The notes: generated by a model not told the origin, from the sequence alone. Shown: positions 7,872-17,700, numbered from the stretch's first letter. The stretch: DNA of 28,559 nucleotides from a candidate division WOR-3 bacterium (GCA_965649115.1 CBFGJN010000020.1:1-28559); one strand, 5' to 3'. Numbers and translations: made by a program.

Positions 7872-9785
7872 TTATTTTATCAGAATTTTATAAGTAATAT
7901 TATTAATTTTTAAGATGTAAATGCCTTTTCTATTGATAACATATTCCTTAGCTCTTCCACCATAAACTAATTTACCACTTAAATCGTAAATTCTAAATTC
8001 TCTTTCTTGGTCAAAGACAATTTTATTATTTAGAAGCTTAAATTCTTTTGAGGAACAATTATTACTTTCATTATTTGAAACTGGTGTTATGTAGCAGTTA
8101 TTATTTGTGTAGTAAAGGCCAGTAGTTTGAGTAGGATTATAATTGTCTGGACTAAAATTATAATCTTGTGTGGAAAATACATTATTGCTAATAGTAGTAT
8201 AGTTATTATAATTTTGGACAATCAGATTTAATTGCTGTCTTTGTACAGATGGACAAGTATTTCCATTTTTATCAGTCTTCAAAACCCAACCATATTGTTC
8301 TGTAAGAGAAATGTCATTCCACTTAAATGGATATTGTCTTATTCCTCCATGAGGGGGTAATGGTATTTGGCTTACATTGTAATTATATGGATGAACTCCT
8401 CTCATCCCATATACTACTATTCCACTATCCTGTGTAATTACAATATTATCAAAAGAAGGAGTCCAATTGTAAAAAGTAGCATTATTTGGGTTATTAAAAG
8501 GAATATATTTATATGCCCAAATTACATTACCACTATTCTTATCTATCTTAATTAAAGCTGGATGGTAAAACCTATAAAAGACTTTTTCTCCAACTACTCC
8601 TTCCGCGGCAGGATCGTAATAATTTCTATATTGTGCAAATTCATAGTAACCGACTACCGCACCTATAATATAACCATCGCTTACTTCTGCTAAACCATTG
8701 GGTTGTACCGAGAAGTTACTTAGTGAGTATAACTTTATCCATTTTACATTTCCATCTTTATCAAACTTTATAAGAGCCATTTTTATGAAAGGAACATTTT
8801 TATAGATTGTATCTACCTGTGTTACTTCAACAAAGTCATAATTAGGATTACATAAGTTGATACTTTGGTAAGGCCCATATAAACGAAACTCGCATAAAAT
8901 TCCACCTACTAGTAATCCACTATCGGATGTACTTAATAAAAAAGCCTGTGTAAACATATCCATAGCATATGCATTAGAATAATCATAGCTATTCCTGAAA
9001 GAAGTTGAAGTTATCATAGAAGAATCAATTTTTCCAAACGGATTTTTATACCAAATAACATTACCACTATTTAATGCTATTGTCGTTATTGGTGCAGTAA
9101 TATAATATACCATGTCACTTCCTCGACCCGTTATTGCTCCTAAACCCAGAGAACCAGGTCTTTTAACAATTTTAGCTAAACCACCTATGGAAACACTATT
9201 ATTTATAAGAACATTCTTTCTATATAAGACATTATAACTATTCAATTGGACTTTTTCTAATACTTCTGCTCTTTGATTACCACAAGCGTGATAGAAGCTA
9301 ATAATAGCCGTAGAGTTATCAATAACTTCTACGGCATGACCATAACCGTCAAGGCAACCAGGACCCATATTTTTTGCCCAGTTTATAGATTTTGTATTTA
9401 GATTAAGGGAAATTATTATGGGATCAGTCCAATTATTCCAAGGAATAGCGTTATCAATGTTAACAGCTCTTCCTGAAATGATGGCATTATTCCCATCAGG
9501 TGTTACAGATATTTGATAAGCAACAAAAACATTACCATTGGGATTTTGATAAGTAACATAATCAACAAGTTGTCCAATAGTATCAAGGAATCCTATAGCA
9601 AAGTGACTTAAACTTTGGTCGCCTCTTGAAAGGAAAACTAATTTCTTATTAGGAAGTTCTTTTAGGCTAAAAATTGCTTGATTAGTTATAGTAGAAGCTC
9701 TTATTTCAGTATAGAACCTAGTCACTGCATGAGCATTAGACATTATTCCAAGGGCAAAAATTCCCAGACCAACTTTCCACTTCAT
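7872..9785 (-). CDS. Secreted protein with propeller-like repeats and a T9SS type A-like C-terminal sorting domain
   Basis: Canonical signal MKWKVGLGIFALGIMSNAHA; repeats KFDKDGNVKW, KIDKNSGNVIW, KTDKNGN; tail IYDLSGKLV...KGIYILKIN...KILIK; strong SD AAGGAGGTGA. Confidence 0.75.
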   Translation of the reverse strand: MKWKVGLGIFALGIMSNAHAVTRFYTEIRASTITNQAIFSLKELPNKKLVFLSRGDQSLSHFAIGFLDTIGQLVDYVTYQNPNGNVFVAYQISVTPDGNNAIISGRAVNIDNAIPWNNWTDPIIISLNLNTKSINWAKNMGPGCLDGYGHAVEVIDNSTAIISFYHACGNQRAEVLEKVQLNSYNVLYRKNVLINNSVSIGGLAKIVKRPGSLGLGAITGRGSDMVYYITAPITTIALNSGNVIWYKNPFGKIDSSMITSTSFRNSYDYSNAYAMDMFTQAFLLSTSDSGLLVGGILCEFRLYGPYQSINLCNPNYDFVEVTQVDTIYKNVPFIKMALIKFDKDGNVKWIKLYSLSNFSVQPNGLAEVSDGYIIGAVVGYYEFAQYRNYYDPAAEGVVGEKVFYRFYHPALIKIDKNSGNVIWAYKYIPFNNPNNATFYNWTPSFDNIVITQDSGIVVYGMRGVHPYNYNVSQIPLPPHGGIRQYPFKWNDISLTEQYGWVLKTDKNGNTCPSVQRQQLNLIVQNYNNYTTISNNVFSTQDYNFSPDNYNPTQTTGLYYTNNNCYITPVSNNESNNCSSKEFKLLNNKIVFDQEREFRIYDLSGKLVYGGRAKEYVINRKGIYILKINNITYKILIK

Positions 9786-9801
9786 ACTCTCACCTCCTTT
9801 T
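9785..9801 (-). promoter_or_regulatory. Strong Shine-Dalgarno and second arm of the 13-bp inverted repeat
   Basis: Minus strand aaaaGGAGGTGAgagtATG. Confidence 0.9.
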
Positions 9802-9936
9802 CATATTTAAGGTTATGTTGCATAGTGTCAAAATTTTAACAGAATTTAATGAAAAAAAGATTTAATAATTTCATTATTTTAAGGCAAAATTTGACAGATT
9901 TTTTAAATTTTATAACTTAACTTTATAATTTTCAAA

Positions 9937-11790
9937 ATGACTAAAACAAAATTTAAAAAATATCACAAAAATAGATTAAAACCAATCAAAAAATATCTCA
10001 TTTATAAGGCAATTTTAGGTGGAAGAACAATAAGAGAAATTTCAAAAGAATTTAAGTGCTCAGTTAGAACTATTATTGAAATTAAAAGAAAATCAAAACA
10101 ATCATTAATTCCATTTCTTGAAATTGACAATCTTGGTTATCTAATTTATGAAATTAAAGAACAAAATCCATTTTTCACTTTTAAGGATATTCAAAATTAT
10201 CTCAAAGAGCATTATAAAATTAAGGTTTCTATTTCAACTATTTCAAACAAATTGAAAAATTATTGTCTTTATTCTGAAAAATATATGAATGAAGATATTT
10301 TAGAACTTTTCAAAAAGCTTATTGAAGATAATGAAATTAAAATGGCTTGTGAGATTTTAAAGCACTATAAATTAAACCTAAGAGATTATTATTTACTTGA
10401 AAAATTGCCTGATGACTATTTGCCAGTTGATATTTTTGTCAAAAAAATTATTTACTTGATTGAAAATGAAAAGTTAAGTGAAGATGAAATTTTAAATTAT
10501 CAAAGAAAGTTAGAAGTAATTTTAAGTAATTATCAGAAAGTTGATTTAAATTACTATTACCTATTGCTCCTTAAAGTGTACTTTTTAGTGCTTTTTAGTG
10601 AATTTGATAAGGCTTTTGAAATTTACAATCAAAAGAAAGATGAAATTGAGAAATTACCTTTAAATTTAAGAGTTGATATTTTGCTGTTATTTTCAAATTT
10701 ATTTTTATTGAAGTATCCAAGAGAAGCTTTAAGAATTATATCAAAATTGAAAAGAATTAAGAAGTTTGATTTAAGAGAAGATTTGTTTAGACTATATTTA
10801 AATTTAGGTTATTTAAATAAAGCAAAGGGGATTTTTTCAGAACCAATTTTAGATTTTTTAATGGGTAATTATAGGAAGTTTATAAAAGAGGTTTCAAAAT
10901 TTTTGGATAAAATAGAAGATGCCCAAACCAAAACATATTATAAATCACTTTTAATGGAAAGTAAAATTTTAAATAACATTCCAATTTCAATTATATCAAA
11001 AGAAATTGAAAAAGAAGTTGAAAAGTACCCATTTTATCAGATGGAATTTAAAGGTTGTAATGCTTTGAAGTTTGCTATATTAGGTGATTATGAAAAGGTT
11101 AAAGAGCTATTAAGTGATGAATTGGAAAAATCAAATATAATTAAGGCAATTCTAACAAAAAATTACAAAATTCTTTCAAAATATAGAAAGCAGGAATTGT
11201 TAGTTAAGTATTTAATAAAAGGCAATTTGAAAAGGGCTATTGAAGTTGCAAGAAAATATGGACTTTTTCATAATTTACATTTATATTCTATACTTTTAAA
11301 TAAGTCAATAAAACGACTTAAAAGATATAAGGAATTTAGGAAAGTTGTTAATTTAATAAGAAACAATAGGAAATTTCAATTGAAGGTTTATATTTTGAAA
11401 GAAAAACAAAGGATTTATGCGAATAATAAACTCATTAGAGCTTCAAATAGATTTAGTAAAATGTTCTTAGTGTTCTATTATTTGATAAATAATAAAAGGA
11501 AAATTGTTGAAATTAAGGATTTGTTAAGAAATGGAATTATTGATTATGATGACTTGAAAAATGTTAAAAGTTATATTTTTAAGCTTAATCATCTTTTTGG
11601 TTTTAAGTTATTCTCAGTTGAAAATGTTTATATTAAGTTAAATGATAATTGTAAAATTTATTTTGATTTAAATGATTTTGAAAAAACTAAAAGTAAAAAG
11701 CTAATTAGACGCTTACCATTCTATAATTTCTATGATAAAAATAAATTCGCTTTTGATGTTTTTAGCTTTGTAAAAGCTAATTGGAAGTAA
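9937..11790 (+). CDS. Large putative transcriptional regulator: N-terminal tandem HTHs, TPR-like helical core, C-terminal SARP/OmpR-like winged helix
   Basis: RTIREISKEFKCSVRTI; EQNPFFTFKDIQNYLKEHYKIKVSISTISNKLK; C-terminal LKVYIL..RIYANNK..FYYLINN..VKSYIFKLN..IYFDLNDFE; TATAAT 7 nt before the ATG. Confidence 0.6.
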   Translation: MTKTKFKKYHKNRLKPIKKYLIYKAILGGRTIREISKEFKCSVRTIIEIKRKSKQSLIPFLEIDNLGYLIYEIKEQNPFFTFKDIQNYLKEHYKIKVSISTISNKLKNYCLYSEKYMNEDILELFKKLIEDNEIKMACEILKHYKLNLRDYYLLEKLPDDYLPVDIFVKKIIYLIENEKLSEDEILNYQRKLEVILSNYQKVDLNYYYLLLLKVYFLVLFSEFDKAFEIYNQKKDEIEKLPLNLRVDILLLFSNLFLLKYPREALRIISKLKRIKKFDLREDLFRLYLNLGYLNKAKGIFSEPILDFLMGNYRKFIKEVSKFLDKIEDAQTKTYYKSLLMESKILNNIPISIISKEIEKEVEKYPFYQMEFKGCNALKFAILGDYEKVKELLSDELEKSNIIKAILTKNYKILSKYRKQELLVKYLIKGNLKRAIEVARKYGLFHNLHLYSILLNKSIKRLKRYKEFRKVVNLIRNNRKFQLKVYILKEKQRIYANNKLIRASNRFSKMFLVFYYLINNKRKIVEIKDLLRNGIIDYDDLKNVKSYIFKLNHLFGFKLFSVENVYIKLNDNCKIYFDLNDFEKTKSKKLIRRLPFYNFYDKNKFAFDVFSFVKANWK

Positions 11791-12889
11791 GTTCATCTAG
11801 AATGTTTTCAAAAAAACTATTATCAATTAAAAAGCTTATTCTTAAATCTGAAATTGTTAAAAATTCAATAGGATACTTAATAATTTTTGAATGAATTTCT
11901 GGACTATTTAATAGTCCATATCCAATAACTGAAACAAATTTTTTATTATCATAAGCTTCAAAATTTTCAAATAAATTTTGAAACTGATTAAAGTCATTTT
12001 GTTTTATCACTAAGATAATGCCACTTGACAATTTCTGAAATAAAATAATTTGAATATCGTTCTCTATTAATTTTTTGAAAATTTCATCGTTGTAGTTCAT
12101 CTTTATCAAAACTACATCCATTTGAGTTATGGATTTTATTTTTGGTGATTCAAGAAAATTTCCAACCATCGTTCCTCCTCCTTTTTCAAAAGAACTATAA
12201 ATATAAAATGGAAAATTGAATTTTGCTGATAAACTAACAGCTCTTGAATGCATAACTTTTGCTCCAAAACTCGCCATCTCTATTAACATATCAAAATTAA
12301 TTTTATCAAATCTATATGATTTTTTAATTCTTGGGTCAATAGCATAAACACCATCAACATCTGTCCAAATCTCACATCTTACATTACCAAACCTCTTATT
12401 TAATTCAATTGCAATAGCAATAGCTGTTAAATCACTTCCACCTCTTCCAAGTGTAGTTATTTCCTTATCAATGCTGACACCTTGAAAACCTGCTACAATT
12501 GGAACCTCATTTTTATTTAGACAATCAATAACTCTATTTAATTTAACTTCAATAATCCTAGCATTATTAAATCTATTTTCTGTAATTATTCCAACTTGTG
12601 AGCCAGTAAATGAACGAGATGGAATGCCAATATCATTTAAAGCAATTGATAATAATGCCATTGATATCCTTTCGCCAACAGATATTAACATATCTAATTC
12701 TCTTTTGGGAGGATTTTTTGAAATTTCATAAGCCAAATTCAATAAATTATCAGTAGTTTTACCCATAGCAGAAACAACAACTACAGGTCTATAACCTTCA
12801 TTTATTTTTTCTTTAATTATATTAGCAACATTTAAAATTCTTTCTTTGTTAGCAACCGAAGAACCACCAAATTTCATCACTAATATCAT
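11777..12889 (-). CDS. lysC: Aspartate kinase
   Basis: MKFGGSSV, VVVVSAMGKTTD, AGFQG, TTLGRGGSDLTA, TDVDGVY, GAKVMH; divergent ACT region. Confidence 0.95.
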   Translation of the reverse strand: MILVMKFGGSSVANKERILNVANIIKEKINEGYRPVVVVSAMGKTTDNLLNLAYEISKNPPKRELDMLISVGERISMALLSIALNDIGIPSRSFTGSQVGIITENRFNNARIIEVKLNRVIDCLNKNEVPIVAGFQGVSIDKEITTLGRGGSDLTAIAIAIELNKRFGNVRCEIWTDVDGVYAIDPRIKKSYRFDKINFDMLIEMASFGAKVMHSRAVSLSAKFNFPFYIYSSFEKGGGTMVGNFLESPKIKSITQMDVVLIKMNYNDEIFKKLIENDIQIILFQKLSSGIILVIKQNDFNQFQNLFENFEAYDNKKFVSVIGYGLLNSPEIHSKIIKYPIEFLTISDLRISFLIDNSFFENILDELTSN

Positions 12890-14415
12890 CCCAACTCCTC
12901 TATTTTAAATCCATCTTCTGTTGCTAAAACAACGATGTAATTTAAATCTTCTGGTGCATAAATTGATAGAATTTGATTTGGATCAATAATAGGATAGTAC
13001 TTTATTTTTGAAACAATGTCCTTTAAGTTTCCTTTAAATAGGATTCTAAATCTAACACCAAGTTTCCTTAAATTATCAATATTTTGTATAATTTCATCAT
13101 CAAATTTATCAAGAACTAAATCATAATTTTCATTATCATCTTGTTTTTTATAATTAGAGAAATATCTTTCAACTTCCTCAATAAAATCATATAAATTTTC
13201 AACATCCATAGAAAATCCACAAGCAAGCTTATGGCCACCATAACCATTAAGCAAATCAGAAATACTATTTAAAAATTCAAGCATATTATATCCCGAAGGT
13301 GCTCTAATTTCTCCAACGATTTTATTATTTTCATCAATAGAAATAGCGATAACAGGAACCTTATAAATTTCTTTAATTTTACCTGCAATATAACCAATGT
13401 ACTGAGGTTCTACATGTCTTAAATCTAAGAGAAGATAACCTTTAACTCTTTTATTCTCGTTTTTTATTCTTATAACCTCTTGGTCTAATTTTGATAATGT
13501 TTCTTTCGTTTTCTTGTAAATTTTGACAAATTGCTCTTCTATAAACACTTCATCATTAGATAACAATAGCTCAACAGCAATGTGTTTAAATCCTTCACTA
13601 TGAATGCTTGAAAGCGTTGGAATAATAGAATATAAATTTGGACTTTGACCTGATATCATAGAAAAGATTTTAAATAGTGGAAAACTATATCTATTTATTA
13701 ATTCTTTTGCTAAATCTACAATAATTTTATTTTCAGAGAACATAGGAACTTTATCAGCTATTATTCCAAGTGCTGAATAAATAATAAGTTCAGGCATATT
13801 TGATATAATGTAATTTATATCATATTTGAATTTTAAATTAAGAAGACCAATAGCTATTTTCAAACTTAATAAAGAAGCAGAAATGTGAGGGAATGAACCA
13901 CCCATTTTTGGATTTACAATTATAGCATTAGGTAATTGCTGAGGTAATTCATGATGGTCTGCTATAATCACACTAATGCCTTTTTCATTTGCGTATTCAA
14001 CCTCTTCATAACTACTTAAACCTGTATCAACACATATTATTAATTTTATATTGTTTTCATAAGCATAATCAACACCAAATTTGTTTAATTTATGACCTTC
14101 ACTATTTCTTTTGGGAATGTAATAAATTGAGTTTGATTCAAGCATATTTAGAGTTTTTATTAAAATTGCTGTTGAAGTTGTCCCATCTAAATCATCATGT
14201 CCCCAAATAAGAATTGTTTCCTTTGAAGCATATTTAAGAATTTCCTTTAACGCTAATTCCATATTAGGAATTGCTCTTGGTGGTAATAGATTTTCAATTG
14301 TAGGCTGAAATAGACTTTTCACAAGGTCCAAATCAGTTATACCTTTTTTCATGAGAACCTTCACTATTTGTGGATGTAATTTATATTCATTTTCCAAAAT
14401 TTGTTCAACATTCAT
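12886..14415 (-). CDS. recJ: RecJ-like DHH-family ssDNA exonuclease
   Basis: GHDDLDG, YYIPKR..EGH, CVDTG, IADHH, IVNPK, IADKVP, GGHKLACG. Confidence 0.8.
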   Translation of the reverse strand: MNVEQILENEYKLHPQIVKVLMKKGITDLDLVKSLFQPTIENLLPPRAIPNMELALKEILKYASKETILIWGHDDLDGTTSTAILIKTLNMLESNSIYYIPKRNSEGHKLNKFGVDYAYENNIKLIICVDTGLSSYEEVEYANEKGISVIIADHHELPQQLPNAIIVNPKMGGSFPHISASLLSLKIAIGLLNLKFKYDINYIISNMPELIIYSALGIIADKVPMFSENKIIVDLAKELINRYSFPLFKIFSMISGQSPNLYSIIPTLSSIHSEGFKHIAVELLLSNDEVFIEEQFVKIYKKTKETLSKLDQEVIRIKNENKRVKGYLLLDLRHVEPQYIGYIAGKIKEIYKVPVIAISIDENNKIVGEIRAPSGYNMLEFLNSISDLLNGYGGHKLACGFSMDVENLYDFIEEVERYFSNYKKQDDNENYDLVLDKFDDEIIQNIDNLRKLGVRFRILFKGNLKDIVSKIKYYPIIDPNQILSIYAPEDLNYIVVLATEDGFKIEELG

Positions 14416-14421
14416 GTGCTT

Positions 14422-15648
14422 TTACCTCCTTATGTACCAATCTACATATGCTTTTATACCCTCCGCTATATTTCTTGAAATCTCATCTTGATATTTTTCA
14501 TCTGACAAAAGTTTTGCCTCCTTCGGATTTGATATAAATCCAAGCTCAACTAAAACAGATGGTGAATAAACACCTCTTAAAACATAAAATCCCGCTTGTT
14601 TAACACCTCTATCTTTTCTATCTTTGTTTATTTTTTGATGAATAAAAAATGCTAATTTTTGCGATTCTTTCAAGTAAGCACTTTGCAATATATCTGAAAT
14701 AATAAATTTAAGTAAGTCATTGTCTTCAACTTCATATTTTATAACTGAATTTTCAAGGGTTTCAACTGCTCTTTCCTCATTAGTTCTCGCTGTTGAAAGA
14801 AAGTAGGTTTCAGGACCTTCTGCATTATCAGTTTCAGAATAATTACAATGAATACTAACAAATAATTTAGCGTTGAACTTTTTAGCAATTTCCGCTCTTT
14901 CTTTCAATGAAACAAAATAATCATTATTTCTTGTTAAAACCACTTTAAAACCGTACTCCTTTTTTAAAATATCCGCTATTTTTTTGCTTACACTTAATGT
15001 TATATCTTTCTCTTTTATTCCCCATTTTCCAATTGCTCCTGGGTCCTCACCTCCATGTCCTGGGTCAATAATAATATACCCAAAATTGCCATATGAGTAA
15101 ATCACAAATTTTAAAACATTTTTTTCTTTAATTTTCTTATAAGAGCCATATTTTGTAGTTATGAAAATTTTAAAGAAAGCCCCTTCTTTTGTATGAAAAA
15201 TCCTTATAGAATCTATAACTTCGCTATTACTATTGATATAATTATATTTTGGATAAAATCCGTCCTTTATGTGAATAACTAAACTATTTTCATCAAACCA
15301 AACCTGTTCATTTAAACTTTTAGAAAAATAAAAATTCAATATACAACTATCATTTCCTTCAATAAATTCAAATCTTTTAATTGTTTCAATAGCCCTAAAA
15401 AATTCACTGTTTTTATAATCCCAAAATATAGGATTTGATGTTAATTTATAAACAATTAGTGCAAGACTATTTCCATCTAAAAAAATTTTATTATTTTCAA
15501 TTTTATAATCCATTTTAAAATTTTTTCCTTTATAAGAAAATGAATTTTTTTCAAAATTAAAATAAATTGTGTCGTTTTTATAAAAAGCAAAATTTTTTTT
15601 AAAATTTATTGAATAGATTGAAAGGATGCTATCAAGGGCAAACATCAT
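14422..15648 (-). CDS. N-acetylmuramoyl-L-alanine amidase (Amidase_3)
   Basis: IIDPGHGGEDPGA, EKDITL, LTR..D..VSLKER, FVSIHCN, SVLVELGFISN. Confidence 0.92.
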   Translation of the reverse strand: MMFALDSILSIYSINFKKNFAFYKNDTIYFNFEKNSFSYKGKNFKMDYKIENNKIFLDGNSLALIVYKLTSNPIFWDYKNSEFFRAIETIKRFEFIEGNDSCILNFYFSKSLNEQVWFDENSLVIHIKDGFYPKYNYINSNSEVIDSIRIFHTKEGAFFKIFITTKYGSYKKIKEKNVLKFVIYSYGNFGYIIIDPGHGGEDPGAIGKWGIKEKDITLSVSKKIADILKKEYGFKVVLTRNNDYFVSLKERAEIAKKFNAKLFVSIHCNYSETDNAEGPETYFLSTARTNEERAVETLENSVIKYEVEDNDLLKFIISDILQSAYLKESQKLAFFIHQKINKDRKDRGVKQAGFYVLRGVYSPSVLVELGFISNPKEAKLLSDEKYQDEISRNIAEGIKAYVDWYIRR

Positions 15649-16418
15649 AATTCTGTTCCTTCAAGTGCCTTACTACAAGGGCAATTTCTTTCAATTGGTA
15701 TAAATTTAAGTGAATTTAAAATCATTTTCTTAATGATTTCTAAATTTTTATTCATATTTTCAATGACTTCAATTGTTGTTAATTTTTCTTCCTTAATACC
15801 AGCAGCGTAATTTGTAACAACATTTATAGAGGCATAACAAATTTCAAGTTCCCTACTCAAAATAGCTTCACTAACCATAGTCATTCCAACAACATCACAA
15901 CCAAGAATTCTTAACATTTTAATTTCAGAAGGTGTTTCAAGTCTTGGTCCTTCCATTTGTGCATATACACCAAACTCATTAACTTCTATATTTAAATTTT
16001 TAGCACTTTTTATTAAACATTCTCTTAGAATTGGACAAAATGGGTGGGTTAAATCAATATGAACAACTTTTGGCCCATCATAATATGTTATTATTCTCTT
16101 TGAAAAATCAATAAAATCTGAAGCTATAATAATTTCATTTGGTTTTTTTGTAATGCCTCCCACTGCAGAAACACTTATAATTCTTTCAACTTTTAACATT
16201 TTAAAAGCATATATGTTTGCTTTATAATTTACTTTGTGAGGTGGAATTGAATGTTCTCTTGAATGTCTTGGGAGAAAATATATTTCAAATTGATTATATT
16301 TTGCATATATTAGTTTATCCGAAGGATTTCCAAAAGGTGTTTTAATTTCAAGTTCATCAATAATTTCAATTCCTTCAATGTTATATAATCCACTTCCTCC
16401 AATTATACCAATTCTCAT
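15645..16418 (-). CDS. mtnP: S-methyl-5'-thioadenosine/inosine phosphorylase
   Basis: IGIIGGSGLY, TPFG.PS, LPRH, PPHKVNYKANI, EGPRLETPSE, VVGMT. Confidence 0.9.
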   Translation of the reverse strand: MRIGIIGGSGLYNIEGIEIIDELEIKTPFGNPSDKLIYAKYNQFEIYFLPRHSREHSIPPHKVNYKANIYAFKMLKVERIISVSAVGGITKKPNEIIIASDFIDFSKRIITYYDGPKVVHIDLTHPFCPILRECLIKSAKNLNIEVNEFGVYAQMEGPRLETPSEIKMLRILGCDVVGMTMVSEAILSRELEICYASINVVTNYAAGIKEEKLTTIEVIENMNKNLEIIKKMILNSLKFIPIERNCPCSKALEGTEL

Positions 16419-16804
16419 GCTTGATTGATTCTCTTTTCTAATTCATCTTTTTTCATAAAAACTTGAATTTGATAACCTTCTGCTATTTTTTTACCATCTT
16501 CATTATAACCTTCAATATCACATATGAATTTGTTGTTTTCAACACTTCTTAATATAGCTCTAATTAGAACCTTTTTACCAATTTTAGTAGGTGCTAAATG
16601 CTTTATACATATACTATAACCAATACCTTGTTCGCTATCTTCCAAATACTTTTCTAATAATTTTCTTGCACAAAGTTCTGCATGATAAACTAAACTCCAA
16701 GTTGAATACAAATTATGAATTAGAATTCCTTCAAATTCAGCTCTCATTGTCTCATCAGTTAATACTTCAATTTCGTAATAGTCTCCAATTGTATATGGTT
16801 TCAT
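16415..16804 (-). CDS. FlK-like hot-dog thioesterase
   Basis: YSTWSLV..AE, G..ICIKHLAPT.IG pattern. Confidence 0.8.
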   Translation of the reverse strand: MKPYTIGDYYEIEVLTDETMRAEFEGILIHNLYSTWSLVYHAELCARKLLEKYLEDSEQGIGYSICIKHLAPTKIGKKVLIRAILRSVENNKFICDIEGYNEDGKKIAEGYQIQVFMKKDELEKRINQA

Positions 16805-17223
16805 TTTCTTCTTGCTGGTTCTTTATTCTCATGATTAACAAGCCAATCTCCACTTCTATATGGTTCGTATTCCATATGCATAGGAAAGTCTTTTCTTAAT
16901 GGATGACCTTCATAATCTTCTGGTAATAATATCCTTCTTAAATCTTTATGACCTTCAAATATAATACCAAATAAGTCATAAACTTCTCTTTCTTGCCAAT
17001 CCGCCCCATAAAAAATATCACTTATTGTTTCAATTTTCGGATTGTCTTTTGGAATAATACATTTTATATATTCTTCCTTATTTTCTGAAAGATTTCTAAA
17101 AAGGTAAATTATTTCAAAGTTTTCCTTTTTGTCTATTGCAGTTATAAATGATAAATAATCATATCCACTTTCTTTAAGCTTTTTAACTTCATCTTTTATT
17201 TGTTCTTTTTGAACAATTTTCAT
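16801..17223 (-). CDS. nuoC: NADH-quinone oxidoreductase subunit C
   Basis: LSFITAID, ADWQEREVYDLFGIIFEGHKDLRRILLP...GHPLRKDFP. Confidence 0.93.
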   Translation of the reverse strand: MKIVQKEQIKDEVKKLKESGYDYLSFITAIDKKENFEIIYLFRNLSENKEEYIKCIIPKDNPKIETISDIFYGADWQEREVYDLFGIIFEGHKDLRRILLPEDYEGHPLRKDFPMHMEYEPYRSGDWLVNHENKEPARRK

Positions 17224-17349
17224 AGTTGAAAATTTTAAAGTTTAAGTTAGTAAAACTTTATTTTTGTGTCGTGTCCAAATTTCGGCTATAGGGGCAAAGC
17301 CCCTTCTTGCATTATTTTTGGTCGTATTTCCTTTAAACTTTTCAAGCTT

Positions 17350-17700
17350 ATGAAAGATTATATTTTAATTTTTATAATTTCAATTATTGGAATTTTTATT
17401 GCCTATGGGGTTCTAATATTATCTTACTTTTTAGGTCCGAAAAGAAAATTTCTTGAGAAACTTGAACCTTACGAATCAGGTGTTAAACCTGGCAAGTGGG
17501 CAAGAAGTTTGAACATTCACTACTATTTGATAGGATTATCATTTTTGGTTTTTGATATTGAAGCCATTTTTCTTTTTCCATGGGCTTTGAATATTGAGAA
17601 ATTTAAATTTTTTGCTTTTTTTGAAGCATTTATATTCATATTTATTTTACTTATTGGATACTTTTACATTTTATCAAAGGGTGGTTTTCAAGCAAAGTAA
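17350..17700 (+). CDS. nuoA: NADH-quinone oxidoreductase subunit A (start revised from 17266 to ATG 17350)
   Basis: LGPKR..KLEPYESG, YYLIGLSFLVFDIEAIFLFPWA; cttTAAACT 10 nt before ATG 17350. Confidence 0.93.
   Translation: MKDYILIFIISIIGIFIAYGVLILSYFLGPKRKFLEKLEPYESGVKPGKWARSLNIHYYLIGLSFLVFDIEAIFLFPWALNIEKFKFFAFFEAFIFIFILLIGYFYILSKGGFQAK

Noticed and set aside
9937..11790. Active IS transposase
   Set aside because: Only the HTH region is transposase-like; no DDE domain, terminal inverted repeats or target duplication were seen around the gene.
17266..17349. N-terminal extension of NuoA given by the ORF track
   Set aside because: It translates promoter and hairpin DNA; NuoA-like sequence and the -10 spacing both point to ATG 17350.
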